Source: a virus (lineage: Duplodnaviria > Caudoviricetes). Taken from it: a DNA stretch of 40,349 nucleotides. The stretch is taken from IMG/VR virus record IMGVR_UViG_3300016722_000152, positions 1-40,349 of that record. One strand, written 5' to 3'. Below the pieces are notes generated by a model. That model saw only the letters and a program-made list of their open reading frames with translations, did no database searches and was not told the origin of the DNA. Every line of letters begins with the position of its first letter. The stretch's first letter is position 1. Positions 25,496-35,396 of the stretch are shown piece by piece. Position numbers and translations under genes: made by a program.

Positions 25496-25882
25496 ATGGC
25501 TGATATAGAGCTTACAGGTGTTGATGAGATATTAAATAAGCTTCAGCAAATTGGTACAAATATTAGTAGATTAGAAAATAAAGCACTAAAAAATGCAGCA
25601 GAGCCTGTACTTGAAGACGCAAAGGCTACAAATGCATTTAATGATAGAAGTGGAAGATTAAGAAAAGGGCTTAAAATAAGCAATGTAAAAAATAAAGAGG
25701 GAATTAAATATATTCTTGTAGGTGTAGACAAAGGAGATAACTCAAAGATATTTTATGGTAAGTTTTTAGAGTTCGGAACTTCTAAAATGTCTGCAAGACC
25801 ATTTTTGCAGCCAGCTTATGAGAAAAATAAGGATAATATACAGCAAACTATAGCTGAAACTTTAAAGGAGGGCTTGAAGTGA
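25496..25882 (+). CDS. HK97 gp10-like tail component
   Basis: FYGKFLEFGTSKMSARPFLQPA. Confidence 0.9.
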   Translation: MADIELTGVDEILNKLQQIGTNISRLENKALKNAAEPVLEDAKATNAFNDRSGRLRKGLKISNVKNKEGIKYILVGVDKGDNSKIFYGKFLEFGTSKMSARPFLQPAYEKNKDNIQQTIAETLKEGLK

Positions 25883-26211
25883 TAAATAAATTAGTAATTG
25901 AAGCTTTGAAATCTCTTAAAGTTCCTGTGTCATTTCAAAAATATAGTGGCAAGGAAAACACTTATATAACTTTTTTTAACTATCTAGAACAAGGTGAGCA
26001 GTATGCTGATAATGAAGAAAAAGTTACTGGTTATTATATTCAAGTAGATGTATGGGGCAAAAATGACTATATAGAACTTGTAGAAAAGGTAAAAGATCAG
26101 ATGAGAGCTGCGGGGTTTATAAGAACTTTTGCAGCTGATTTATTTGAGGAAGATACTAAAATTTATCATAAAGCAATGAGATTTTTTATACAAAGTGAAT
26201 GGAGGCAATAG
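25879..26211 (+). CDS. Putative tail terminator/completion protein
   Basis: Position before the major tail gene; YITF..QVDVW..GF..YHKAMRF. Confidence 0.75.
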   Translation: MINKLVIEALKSLKVPVSFQKYSGKENTYITFFNYLEQGEQYADNEEKVTGYYIQVDVWGKNDYIELVEKVKDQMRAAGFIRTFAADLFEEDTKIYHKAMRFFIQSEWRQ

Positions 26212-26214
26212 TAT

Positions 26215-26781
26215 ATGGCAGGAATAATTAGTAGTGCTCCAGTGGGAGTAGAGAATTTGGTATATGCAATTTTAACTGATGAACAAACCCCAACTTATGG
26301 TACACCAGCATTAGTTTCACCAGCAATAAATGTAAAAATAAATCCAAAGAGCAATTCTGAGACATTATATGCTGATAATAGAGCGGTGGAAACAGTATCA
26401 AATTTAGGCGAAGTAGATGTTGAAATTGAAACTCAAGATTTACCCTTAGAAGTTCAAGCAGCACTTCTTGGACATAAATTGGATTCAACAAGTAAAGTTA
26501 TGAGTTATGAAGCTGATGATATGGCTCCTTATGTAGCTATAGGATTTAAGGTGAAAAAAGGCAATGGTAAATACAGATATGTTTGGCTACTTAAAGGGAA
26601 ATTCAGTGAACCAGAAGAAGAGCATTCAACTCAAGAAAATAAAACAAAATTCCAAACACCAAAACTTAAAGGTACTTTTCTAACAAGAGAGGATGGTAAA
26701 TGGAAGTACACTGCTGATGAAGATAGTGGATTTACAGGTGGCTCTACTTGGTTTACGAATGTATATGCCCCAGTAGTTTAG
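26215..26781 (+). CDS. Major tail protein (phi13-like)
   Basis: LYADN, APYVAIGF, YRYVWLLKGKF. Confidence 0.9.
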   Translation: MAGIISSAPVGVENLVYAILTDEQTPTYGTPALVSPAINVKINPKSNSETLYADNRAVETVSNLGEVDVEIETQDLPLEVQAALLGHKLDSTSKVMSYEADDMAPYVAIGFKVKKGNGKYRYVWLLKGKFSEPEEEHSTQENKTKFQTPKLKGTFLTREDGKWKYTADEDSGFTGGSTWFTNVYAPVV

Positions 26782-26814
26782 TTACAAATTTTAATGTGAT
26801 GGGAGGAATAAAAT

Positions 26815-27099
26815 TTGGAAATATTACTGAATAATAAAAGCTATGTTATGCCTAAGGTAAAAACAAGAATGCTTAGAAAGGCTATTGAAATAAATGAAAA
26901 TATAAATTTTAATAATTTAAAAAGTAAAGATCTAGATGGTCTAGTTGATTTTGTTGTAGAACTTTATGGAAATGAATTCAGTAGAGATGATTTTTATGAT
27001 GGACTTAATGCAGATAAACTTATAGAAACTTTAAATAGTAGCATAAACGGAATAGTAGGAACAATGGGAAATAAATTAAATGAGTTCCCAAACAAGTAA
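26815..27099 (+). CDS. Tail assembly chaperone (G)
   Basis: Lies between the major tail and tape measure genes; ends at a slippery heptamer. Confidence 0.82.
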   Translation: MEILLNNKSYVMPKVKTRMLRKAIEINENINFNNLKSKDLDGLVDFVVELYGNEFSRDDFYDGLNADKLIETLNSSINGIVGTMGNKLNEFPNK

Positions 27100-27287
27100 G
27101 CGGAGAAGCACATGAAAAGCTATCTCCGCTTGATTTTATTAAAGAAATTTATTCAGGACTTTTAGAACAAGGCTGGACTTTAAATGATATTGATGAAATG
27201 GATATATTTTATTATTTTGATATCTTAATTTATAGGTCAATCAAAGAATATAAGCAGAATTTGAATAATGTTTTAAAGATATTGTAA
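27087..27287 (+). CDS. Tail assembly chaperone GT extension via programmed -1 frameshift
   Basis: C CCA AAC slippery site at 27087-27093; -1 frame is open to 27287 (..EQGWTLNDIDEMDIFYYFDIL..). Confidence 0.8.
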   Translation, partial: PKQVSGEAHEKLSPLDFIKEIYSGLLEQGWTLNDIDEMDIFYYFDILIYRSIKEYKQNLNNVLKIL

Positions 27288-27316
27288 GAAATTTAGGGTA
27301 GATAGGTGGTGAGAGA

Positions 27317-29761
27317 GTGGCAGAAGAACTAGGAAGTTTAGCGATTAAAATAGGATTAGACTCAAGTGGTTTTCAAAATGGAATAAGTAGTATCAATAGA
27401 AATCTTAGAGTTCTTGATAGTGAGTTTAAAGCTAACACAGCAGCACTTGGAGAAAATTCAAAAGGTCTTGATGGGCTAAAATTAAAATCAGAAAGTCTTA
27501 CTAAACAATTGGAACTTCAAAAGCAAAAAGTAAGTGTCTTGGAAGGCGCTTATACTAAAAGTGCTGAAACAAAAGGTAAGGATAGTGAAGCTACCCAAGC
27601 ACTTGAGATAAAACTTAATAAAGCAAGACAAGCTCTCTCACAAATGGAAACAGAACTTTCTAAAGCAAACAAAGAAATTGAAACTCAAAGCAATAAATGG
27701 ACTTCTTTAGGTAAAAGCCTTGATGGCATAGGAAGTAAGATGAAAAGCGTTGGAGAAGGTTTTAGTAATGCTGGATCTAAGCTTTCAGTAGGACTAACTG
27801 CTCCAATAGCTACACTAGGAGTTGCAAGTGTAAAGTTAGCATCTGATATGAATGAAAGTATGAATAAAGTTGAGGTTGCATTTGGAAGTAGTGCAAAAAC
27901 TGTTGAAGATTGGTCAGGTAGCACATTAAAAAGCTTCGGTATTGCTAAAGGTACTGCATTAGATATGTCTTCTCTTTTTGGCGATATGGGTACAAGTATG
28001 GGATTAAGCCAAGAAGAAGCTGCAAATATGTCTATGTCTTTAGTGGGACTAGCAGGTGATTTATCAAGTTTTAAAAATATTGGTATTGAAGAAGCTGAAA
28101 CTGCTTTGAATGGAATATTCACTGGAGAAACTGAAAGCTTAAAAATGTTAGGTGTAGTTATGACAGATACTAACCTGCAACAATATGCCTATTCTAAAGG
28201 AATAGAAAAGAAAACTCAGGATATGACTGAATCAGAAAAGGTTCAACTTAGATATAACTTTGTTTTAGAGAAAACAAAAAATGCACAGGGAGATTTTGAA
28301 CGTACAGGTGCAGGAACTGCTAATCAAATGAGAGTGTTTCAAGAGAGTTTAAAAGAACTTGGTGCTACAATGGGACAAAATATATTACCAGTAATAACTC
28401 CTATAATTACTAAATTAAATGAATGGGTACAGGCTTTTGGAAAGTTAGATTCAGGTACACAAAAAACAATAATTGTTATAGGAGCTGTACTTGCAGCATT
28501 AGGTCCTGTACTTTCTATAATAGGAAGTGTGATTACTGTAGGTGGAAGTTTAGTAACTTTATTTGGAAGTATAAGTACAGCAATTGCAGGAGCGGGAGGC
28601 GCAATGGCACTTTTAACTGGACCAGTAGGAATAGCTATAGCTGCTATTGCCGCAATAATTGCTGTAGGTGTTCTTTTATATAACAATTGGGACACCATAA
28701 AAACTAAAGCATCAGAGCTTTGGAGTAGTATAATGTTGACCTTTGAAAATATAAAAACGTCAATATCGAGTGCATGGGAAAATGTAAAAACTGCAACATT
28801 AACTGCTTGGGAAAGCTTAAAAAGTACTATAAGTAATGGTCTTAATAATATAAAGAGTTTCCTAGAGCCAGCTTTAAATTTCTATAAAACAATATTTCAA
28901 AATACCTGGGACATCATAAAAAATATTGTTCTAGGAGCGGTTCTTATAGTCCTGGATATAGTTACAGGAAACTTTACAAAGTTAAAATCAGATATAGAAA
29001 ACATATGGAATAATATAAAAACAGCATTAAACAATATATGGGAAGCTATAAAAGGAGTTGCTATAAATGCATGGACTAAGCTAAAAGAAAGTGTAGTAAA
29101 TCTTTGTAACAATATTAAAGAAACAGTAATTAATATATGGAATGCAATTTTAACATGGTTTTCTGAATTACCAGGTAAGCTTTATAACTATGGATCAAGT
29201 ATGTTTACAAAAATGAAAGAAGGAATAAGCAGTACCATAGGTAATGTAAAAAGTTCTATAGAAAGTGGCATAAATAGTGCATTAACTTTTTTAGCAAGTT
29301 TACCAAGTAAGGCTTGGAGCTATGGAGCAGATTTTGTAGATGGGATTGTAAAAGGAATTAAATCTGCTATGGGTAAAGTTGAAGATGCCGTAAGTGGACT
29401 TGCATCTAAAATAAGAAGCTATCTCCATTTTTCAGTTCCAGATGAAGGGCCACTTACTGATTATGAAAGTTGGATGCCGGATTTTATGTCAGGACTTGCA
29501 GATGGCATAAATAAAAGTAAAAATGTTGTTTCAGAGGCGATAAAGGGGCTGTCTTTAGATATGAGTGTAAACACTAAATTAGCAACTATAACAGCGCCAA
29601 ATAGCAATCAATCAAGTTCAGTTAAAGATTCAAATAGTAGTAATGGTTTAACACTCAAAATAGAAAACTTCATTAATAATACTGAAAAAGATATAGAACA
29701 GCTAGCTTATGAATTAGAATTCTACAGGCAGAAAATTGCTATGGGTAAAGGAGGAATTTAA
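27317..29761 (+). CDS. Tail tape measure protein
   Basis: 814 aa; coiled coil, Gly/Ala-rich hydrophobic block, Trp residues at roughly 11-aa spacing; LHFSVPDEGP. Confidence 0.93.
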   Translation: MAEELGSLAIKIGLDSSGFQNGISSINRNLRVLDSEFKANTAALGENSKGLDGLKLKSESLTKQLELQKQKVSVLEGAYTKSAETKGKDSEATQALEIKLNKARQALSQMETELSKANKEIETQSNKWTSLGKSLDGIGSKMKSVGEGFSNAGSKLSVGLTAPIATLGVASVKLASDMNESMNKVEVAFGSSAKTVEDWSGSTLKSFGIAKGTALDMSSLFGDMGTSMGLSQEEAANMSMSLVGLAGDLSSFKNIGIEEAETALNGIFTGETESLKMLGVVMTDTNLQQYAYSKGIEKKTQDMTESEKVQLRYNFVLEKTKNAQGDFERTGAGTANQMRVFQESLKELGATMGQNILPVITPIITKLNEWVQAFGKLDSGTQKTIIVIGAVLAALGPVLSIIGSVITVGGSLVTLFGSISTAIAGAGGAMALLTGPVGIAIAAIAAIIAVGVLLYNNWDTIKTKASELWSSIMLTFENIKTSISSAWENVKTATLTAWESLKSTISNGLNNIKSFLEPALNFYKTIFQNTWDIIKNIVLGAVLIVLDIVTGNFTKLKSDIENIWNNIKTALNNIWEAIKGVAINAWTKLKESVVNLCNNIKETVINIWNAILTWFSELPGKLYNYGSSMFTKMKEGISSTIGNVKSSIESGINSALTFLASLPSKAWSYGADFVDGIVKGIKSAMGKVEDAVSGLASKIRSYLHFSVPDEGPLTDYESWMPDFMSGLADGINKSKNVVSEAIKGLSLDMSVNTKLATITAPNSNQSSSVKDSNSSNGLTLKIENFINNTEKDIEQLAYELEFYRQKIAMGKGGI

Positions 29762-29762
29762 G

Positions 29763-30470
29763 ATGCTTAGTTTTAATTTTGGAAACAAAAACAGCTATGA
29801 GGATTTTGGAATTCTAATATCTAAAAGACCAAGCATACCTTCTCCAAAACGTAGAGTAAATACAATAAATATTCCAGGAAGAAATTCTAATTTAATATTT
29901 GATGAGAAGACTTATGAGGACATAACTTTAACTGTGGAGTGTTCAGTAAAAGATAAGGAGAACCTTGCAAATAAGATTGATGATATAAAAGCGTGGCTAT
30001 TTGAAACAGGTCAAAGTGATCTGATATTTAGTTTTCAAGATGATAGAAAATATATTGCTCAAGTAGTAAATGCTATTGATTTCAAACAAATTTATAAATA
30101 TTTTAGTGAGTTTCCAATAATATTTAATTGTAGACCTTTTAAGTATGCAGTTGAAAATAACATGGTAAATATTATTGAAACAGGAACTAAGGTAAGCAAT
30201 ATAGGAACTATTGAAAGTGAACCTATAATAAGCATTTATGGATCTGGTGATATAGTTTTTAAAATAAATGGAGAGCAAATAAGCCTTAAAGGAATCTCTG
30301 GGAAAATTATAATAAATTCAATTATACAGGATTGTTATGATGATGAAGGAAATAATTTAAATGGAAGTATGACTGGTGAGTTTTTGAAACTGAAACCTGG
30401 TGAAAATATTATAGAGTGGAGTGGAAATGTTACTAAGATTGAGCTGTTACCAAACTGGCGGTGGTTATAG
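29763..30470 (+). CDS. Distal tail protein (Dit)
   Basis: Follows the tape measure gene; IPGRN, FNCRPFKY, LKPGEN. Confidence 0.85.
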   Translation: MLSFNFGNKNSYEDFGILISKRPSIPSPKRRVNTINIPGRNSNLIFDEKTYEDITLTVECSVKDKENLANKIDDIKAWLFETGQSDLIFSFQDDRKYIAQVVNAIDFKQIYKYFSEFPIIFNCRPFKYAVENNMVNIIETGTKVSNIGTIESEPIISIYGSGDIVFKINGEQISLKGISGKIIINSIIQDCYDDEGNNLNGSMTGEFLKLKPGENIIEWSGNVTKIELLPNWRWL

Positions 30471-32326
30471 TGATTTGTGTTTATGATAAGAAAACTACTA
30501 AAGGAAACTTTAATAATAATGGTCTTGGAATATTAAATGAGCCTATAAGCTGTTATATTACAGAAGAATTAAATGGAGAGTATTCTCTAGAACTAGAGTA
30601 TGCAGCTAATTCTAAAAAAGCAAAGCACTTAGAAGAATGGAATATTATAAAAGCAGATGGACAGCTTTTTAGAATATATAAAGTAGAGAAAAACAGTGAA
30701 GGCAAAAATATAATTAAGGCATGGGCTAAACATATATTTTATGATTTAGCTTATTATTTTATTGAAGATATGCAAGCTGAAAACTGTAGTGTAAAAACAG
30801 CACTGCAAAAATCTTTAGTTGGAGATTTAATAGTCATATATACAGTAGATAGTGATATTATAACTGCAAATTCAATTAATGTAATAGAAAAAAATCCTGT
30901 TGAAGCTATATTTTCTATAATTAATATATGGGGCCTAGGTGAATTAAAGAGAGATAACTTTGATGTTAAGATCCTAAAGAGCATAGGAAAAGATGCAGGA
31001 GTTTTAATAGCTCAAGGTAAAAATATATCAGGATTAAAATTCAATTCAGATACCACAAGTGTTGTAACTAAACTATATCCAGTAGGGAAGAATGGTATTA
31101 AACTTACTGAAAAATATATAAGTGTACCTAACTGGAATAGTGAAAAATACCCACCATTCCCTATTATAAAGAAGGTAGAATTTAAAGAAGCAGAAGATGA
31201 AGTAACTTTAAGAATATTAGCTACGGAATCAGCAAATGCAGTAGGTTTAAGTAAAGTAAGTATTGATATAGACTTTATTGAACTTAGTAAGACAAAAGAA
31301 TATGAGAACTATAAGCATCTCCAAACAGTCAATATAGGAGATTTTGTTATAGTTAGGCATAAGGATTTTGATATAGACGTTAAAGTTCCAGTACTTAAAA
31401 TAAAGAAAGATGTTTTAACATGTGTAAATTCTAAAGTCGAACTAGGGCAGCCAAGGGACAACATACTAAATCAATTAGATATGGGAAGTATAAAGACAAC
31501 AATAGATGAACTGGGAAATAAGGTAGCAGAGTCTTTAACATCAATGCTTTATTATGCTAATCCAATTTCTTTGACTGTAGGAACAACAGCTATTGAACCC
31601 ATGTATCTTGGAGTTACTGCAGTTTCAGCTACAAATTTATCAATGAATTTTTCTATGTACTGCATAGCAAGTGCATCTTGTACTGTAACAATCCAAATTC
31701 AATTAGATAATAAAGATATTTCATTTACCCCAAAACAAAAATTGCAACAGGGAGATAATGTTATAGGAATACCTATTGGAATTCCACAAGTTTCAAGTGG
31801 TCCACATTATATTGGTATTTTCTTGAAAGTGGATACAGGAACATTAAATATACCTATCTATAATCTGCAATGCACAATTGATGGAAGAAACCTTCAAGGT
31901 GGCTTAAGTGCAGAACCTGCTCATGCAGAATGTTTTGAAAATCTAGAGTTTATAAATATGAATGTATTGTATTTGAGTAAAGTTAAAAGTGTAAATTCAA
32001 ATATTAAGTTAGAAGATCCATATACAGAAGCTTTTACTAATAATATAACAGTAGATATAGCTACAATAGCTGGTAGTAAACAAATGAGTACAAATTATGA
32101 TGTATCAATAAAAAAACTAGGACAAACTTGGAATTTTACAGATCAATATGCTTCGATGTATGACTTTGATAATTCTGTATTAACTTTAGATAGTGAAGGT
32201 TTATATTTTAGAACAACCTACATATCTAATTCAGAAGTAGGAAGTATTGATGAAGGATATTTAGATGTAGTTGAAATGCTAGACATGACTAAGTTTAATA
32301 ATATTGTTTCTTTGGAGGTGGAATAA
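30470..32326 (+). CDS. Tail tip/hub protein (Tal-like)
   Basis: NGLGIL..EELNGEYSLELEY, QLFRI, VNIGD motifs. Confidence 0.85.
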   Translation: MICVYDKKTTKGNFNNNGLGILNEPISCYITEELNGEYSLELEYAANSKKAKHLEEWNIIKADGQLFRIYKVEKNSEGKNIIKAWAKHIFYDLAYYFIEDMQAENCSVKTALQKSLVGDLIVIYTVDSDIITANSINVIEKNPVEAIFSIINIWGLGELKRDNFDVKILKSIGKDAGVLIAQGKNISGLKFNSDTTSVVTKLYPVGKNGIKLTEKYISVPNWNSEKYPPFPIIKKVEFKEAEDEVTLRILATESANAVGLSKVSIDIDFIELSKTKEYENYKHLQTVNIGDFVIVRHKDFDIDVKVPVLKIKKDVLTCVNSKVELGQPRDNILNQLDMGSIKTTIDELGNKVAESLTSMLYYANPISLTVGTTAIEPMYLGVTAVSATNLSMNFSMYCIASASCTVTIQIQLDNKDISFTPKQKLQQGDNVIGIPIGIPQVSSGPHYIGIFLKVDTGTLNIPIYNLQCTIDGRNLQGGLSAEPAHAECFENLEFINMNVLYLSKVKSVNSNIKLEDPYTEAFTNNITVDIATIAGSKQMSTNYDVSIKKLGQTWNFTDQYASMYDFDNSVLTLDSEGLYFRTTYISNSEVGSIDEGYLDVVEMLDMTKFNNIVSLEVE

Positions 32327-33624
32327 TGACAGCTTACTGTATTGAAACTGATGGGGTAAGTGGGTATGTTAAATTTGCAGGGTTATTTTCAAGTATTAAT
32401 ATCTCAAATAGTTTTACATTAATGGCTACTGTTAAATTTTTAGAGACGAATACTTCTAACAATTATAGACCAATAGGAGTTTCAAATGCTTTTAATATAG
32501 GAATAAATGCAAATCAATATAGACCGTTTATTTCAACTGATCAAAACAACAAAGGCTATGGATCTACACCATCAGTATTAAGTGGATCAGTTTCTAGAAA
32601 TGTATGGGTAAAATTGTCCCTTATAGTGGATTTTACTGCAGATAAATGCAAGCTATTTATAAATAATTCTAAGTTATACGACTTTTCTTTTACATCCGGT
32701 TCTTCAAATTTATACAGGGATACAGGCGCTGATTATGTTGATTTATTAATTGGATCTATTTTAAACAATGGACAGCCTGACAGACCAATGAAAATCCGAA
32801 TATGCGATTTGAAATTATTTAATAGAGCTTTTACTGACGTAGAAGCTCAAAGTTATGTTGAAAAATGTGATGTGATAACTTCAAATTTAGTTTTATATTC
32901 TATTTTTAATGAAAATACGGGAACAAAAGTAGTTAACTATGCTGAAAATTTCAGTAGTTACAGTGGTGAATTAATTGGAAATACACAGTATGTGCAAGAT
33001 GATGTACCTTTTGATAATACACCAACACTAATTAGATATTTAATAATAGACGGAAATGATGTAAAGCATTGGAACTCAAGTAATTCTCAATATGAAAAAA
33101 TTGGAGAGATTCCTGTTACTAAGAAAATGTTTGATGACTATGGAAAAGCTACTATTAATAAAGGAAGAATAGGACTAACTTCTTTAAAACCTATTCTTGC
33201 TAGATGGAGTAATGCAACCGCAAATCCTTATTCAATAACGCAAGTTGCGATTCCAAAAGGGAAAGTAATAAAAATGCTAATAGACGCTACTTTCTCAGAA
33301 AGTTATATAGTTGATATTACAAATGCAATAGTTATAGCAACTAATACTGGGGCAGGAATATTAAAATTTATTGTAAGCTCTGATGGTGGAATAGAATGGA
33401 AAACATGGAATGGGAGTGCTTGGGAGATAATCAATGCAGATAATTCAGATGATATAAAAAGTAAAGGGATGTCCGTTTCAGTTTTTCAAGGAATTACTGA
33501 AACACAATGGACATCCCTTAACATTTCAAATAAAAAGATAAGATTTGCATGGTATATGGAAATCACATCAAGTACAGATGTTTTAAAGTTAAAGGAAATA
33601 AGGGTTAATTACAATACAGTGTAA
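32326..33624 (+). CDS. Tail-associated protein with LamG/concanavalin-like domain
   Basis: SFTLMATVK, WVKLSL, KLFINN, ICDLKLFNRAFT pattern. Confidence 0.7.
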   Translation: MTAYCIETDGVSGYVKFAGLFSSINISNSFTLMATVKFLETNTSNNYRPIGVSNAFNIGINANQYRPFISTDQNNKGYGSTPSVLSGSVSRNVWVKLSLIVDFTADKCKLFINNSKLYDFSFTSGSSNLYRDTGADYVDLLIGSILNNGQPDRPMKIRICDLKLFNRAFTDVEAQSYVEKCDVITSNLVLYSIFNENTGTKVVNYAENFSSYSGELIGNTQYVQDDVPFDNTPTLIRYLIIDGNDVKHWNSSNSQYEKIGEIPVTKKMFDDYGKATINKGRIGLTSLKPILARWSNATANPYSITQVAIPKGKVIKMLIDATFSESYIVDITNAIVIATNTGAGILKFIVSSDGGIEWKTWNGSAWEIINADNSDDIKSKGMSVSVFQGITETQWTSLNISNKKIRFAWYMEITSSTDVLKLKEIRVNYNTV

Positions 33625-33659
33625 GTGGTTAAAGGGTGATATTTTTGTTTAATAGATCT

Positions 33660-33872
33660 TTAATTCTTATGTTTAATAAAAGTTCTATATATAATCCCAA
33701 TGTACGAAACAAGAAAAATTATCCAAAGTAAGGAAGTATAATTAGAGAAAAAGTTTGAAAAATAGGTTCCGATAAGTATTCCTAAAGAAACAAGGGTTAT
33801 TTTTAAAAGGCTATAATCTAACACAGTATACTTTTTAGCAGCACCTAATAGTTTATTGATTAAATTTTTCAT
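33660..33872 (-). CDS. Moron: 70-aa two-helix membrane protein, antisense to the tail operon
   Basis: AGGAGG RBS on the - strand (33881-33886); two hydrophobic segments; fills an intergenic gap. Confidence 0.8.
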   Translation of the reverse strand: MKNLINKLLGAAKKYTVLDYSLLKITLVSLGILIGTYFSNFFSNYTSLLWIIFLVSYIGIIYRTFIKHKN

Positions 33873-34012
33873 TACACTAACCTCCTCTAAGCAAAATAAA
33901 ATCTATTATATTTATATTATAATACAAGCTTTAACATAATAGTATGTGTAAAAAAAGCCAAAAAGAAATAGTTTTTTTATATTGAAAAATAAACAGAGAG
34001 GAGAATTAAAAA

Positions 34013-35365
34013 ATGGCCTATAAAGAAAGTTTAGCTTACAGCAAAGACTTAATAAAAGGAACTAAAATAGAAATCTTAAAGAAAAAATTAATAATGCCCT
34101 ATACAGGTACAGCTACAGTGAAATTATACGATTCACTTACAGGAAAACAGACCTATGAAGCCAAAAGTGAAAATAGAATATCAGCTGTGTTTGGTAATAT
34201 AGCTTATCTTGAAGGATTTTATTATCCTATATTAGATAACGGTATAGAGTATTTATTAAGTGATATATATACAACATATCCATTTAGGGTAATGACTTTA
34301 ACAACAGGAGATATTCCAGAAGATCCTTATGACTACTTCACTTGGGGAAGTGTTATAGGTTATGCAGATAGTGTAGATCCATATAGTGGAAGTGATAATT
34401 TAAGAGGAAGTGTAAACCAAAGTGAAACCACAAGAATTACAGGTACGAAGCATTATGTAATGGACTTTCCAACAAATGCAGCAAACGCAACTTTTAGAAG
34501 TATATATTGGTCAGGAGGATATGTATATAATGGAAGTGTTAAAAACCCTAAATTAAATTACACATATACTAAAAAATCATTTGAAAAAGGAAATAGTGGA
34601 ACTTACTTATCTGATTATAATTTGTGTACTGATGAAACTAACCTTTATGTTTTAAAAGTTGATTCAACACTTGTATATGTATATGACAAAATTACTTATG
34701 AAAAGAAAAGCAATATAACATTACCAGCATCAGCAAGATCTATAGCTTATGATGGCACAAACTTTTGGATGCTAATAAGTGATGGTTCTTTTAAGAAACT
34801 TAATAAAAGTTTTGCTATAGTAACATCTTATTCAAAAAGTGCTGCTATCCCAGCAGATCTTATTTATAATGTTCGCTATTGGGATATTTTTGTAAATAAT
34901 ACTTATATTTATATAACCTATAATGGGTGTACAGAAACTTCAGGACCGACGTCTAAATATAAGAGTTGTATAGCAAAATACAATAAGGATGCTACCTTTG
35001 CTAATAAGGTTGAAATATATAGTGGAAATTATTATGGAATCACCTTAACTAAAATACCTAATAATAAATTGTGGGTGGTAGTTTATTCTGGTACTTGTTT
35101 GGAGTTGAATATTGATTTAAGTCCATATGGCACTTCAACTTTTAGCAACACAATGTGTAAGAGCGTAGTTTGGGATGGCGACACATCTACTATGTTTACC
35201 TCTGATTACAGTAGTTATGGAGAATTGAAACAAGAATATATTATTCCAGCTTCAGCACATACACTACTTCCAGAAGCAATAACCAAAACACCAACTAATA
35301 CTATGAAAATACAATATGATTTTACTTGTGATTATGTAAATCCTTTGGATATGCCATCACATTAA
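34013..35365 (+). CDS. Putative receptor-binding/tail fibre protein
   Basis: Last tail gene before the holin; Tyr/Ser/Thr-rich; propeller-like repeats (SIAYDGTNFW, SVVWDGDT). Confidence 0.65.
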   Translation: MAYKESLAYSKDLIKGTKIEILKKKLIMPYTGTATVKLYDSLTGKQTYEAKSENRISAVFGNIAYLEGFYYPILDNGIEYLLSDIYTTYPFRVMTLTTGDIPEDPYDYFTWGSVIGYADSVDPYSGSDNLRGSVNQSETTRITGTKHYVMDFPTNAANATFRSIYWSGGYVYNGSVKNPKLNYTYTKKSFEKGNSGTYLSDYNLCTDETNLYVLKVDSTLVYVYDKITYEKKSNITLPASARSIAYDGTNFWMLISDGSFKKLNKSFAIVTSYSKSAAIPADLIYNVRYWDIFVNNTYIYITYNGCTETSGPTSKYKSCIAKYNKDATFANKVEIYSGNYYGITLTKIPNNKLWVVVYSGTCLELNIDLSPYGTSTFSNTMCKSVVWDGDTSTMFTSDYSSYGELKQEYIIPASAHTLLPEAITKTPTNTMKIQYDFTCDYVNPLDMPSH

Positions 35366-35396
35366 ATAAATTAAGAAACTATGGAGGCAAAGAGAA

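Noticed and set aside
32326-35365. Diversity-generating retroelement acting on tail genes
   Set aside because: There is no reverse transcriptase in the window, and no template/variable repeat pair was noticed.
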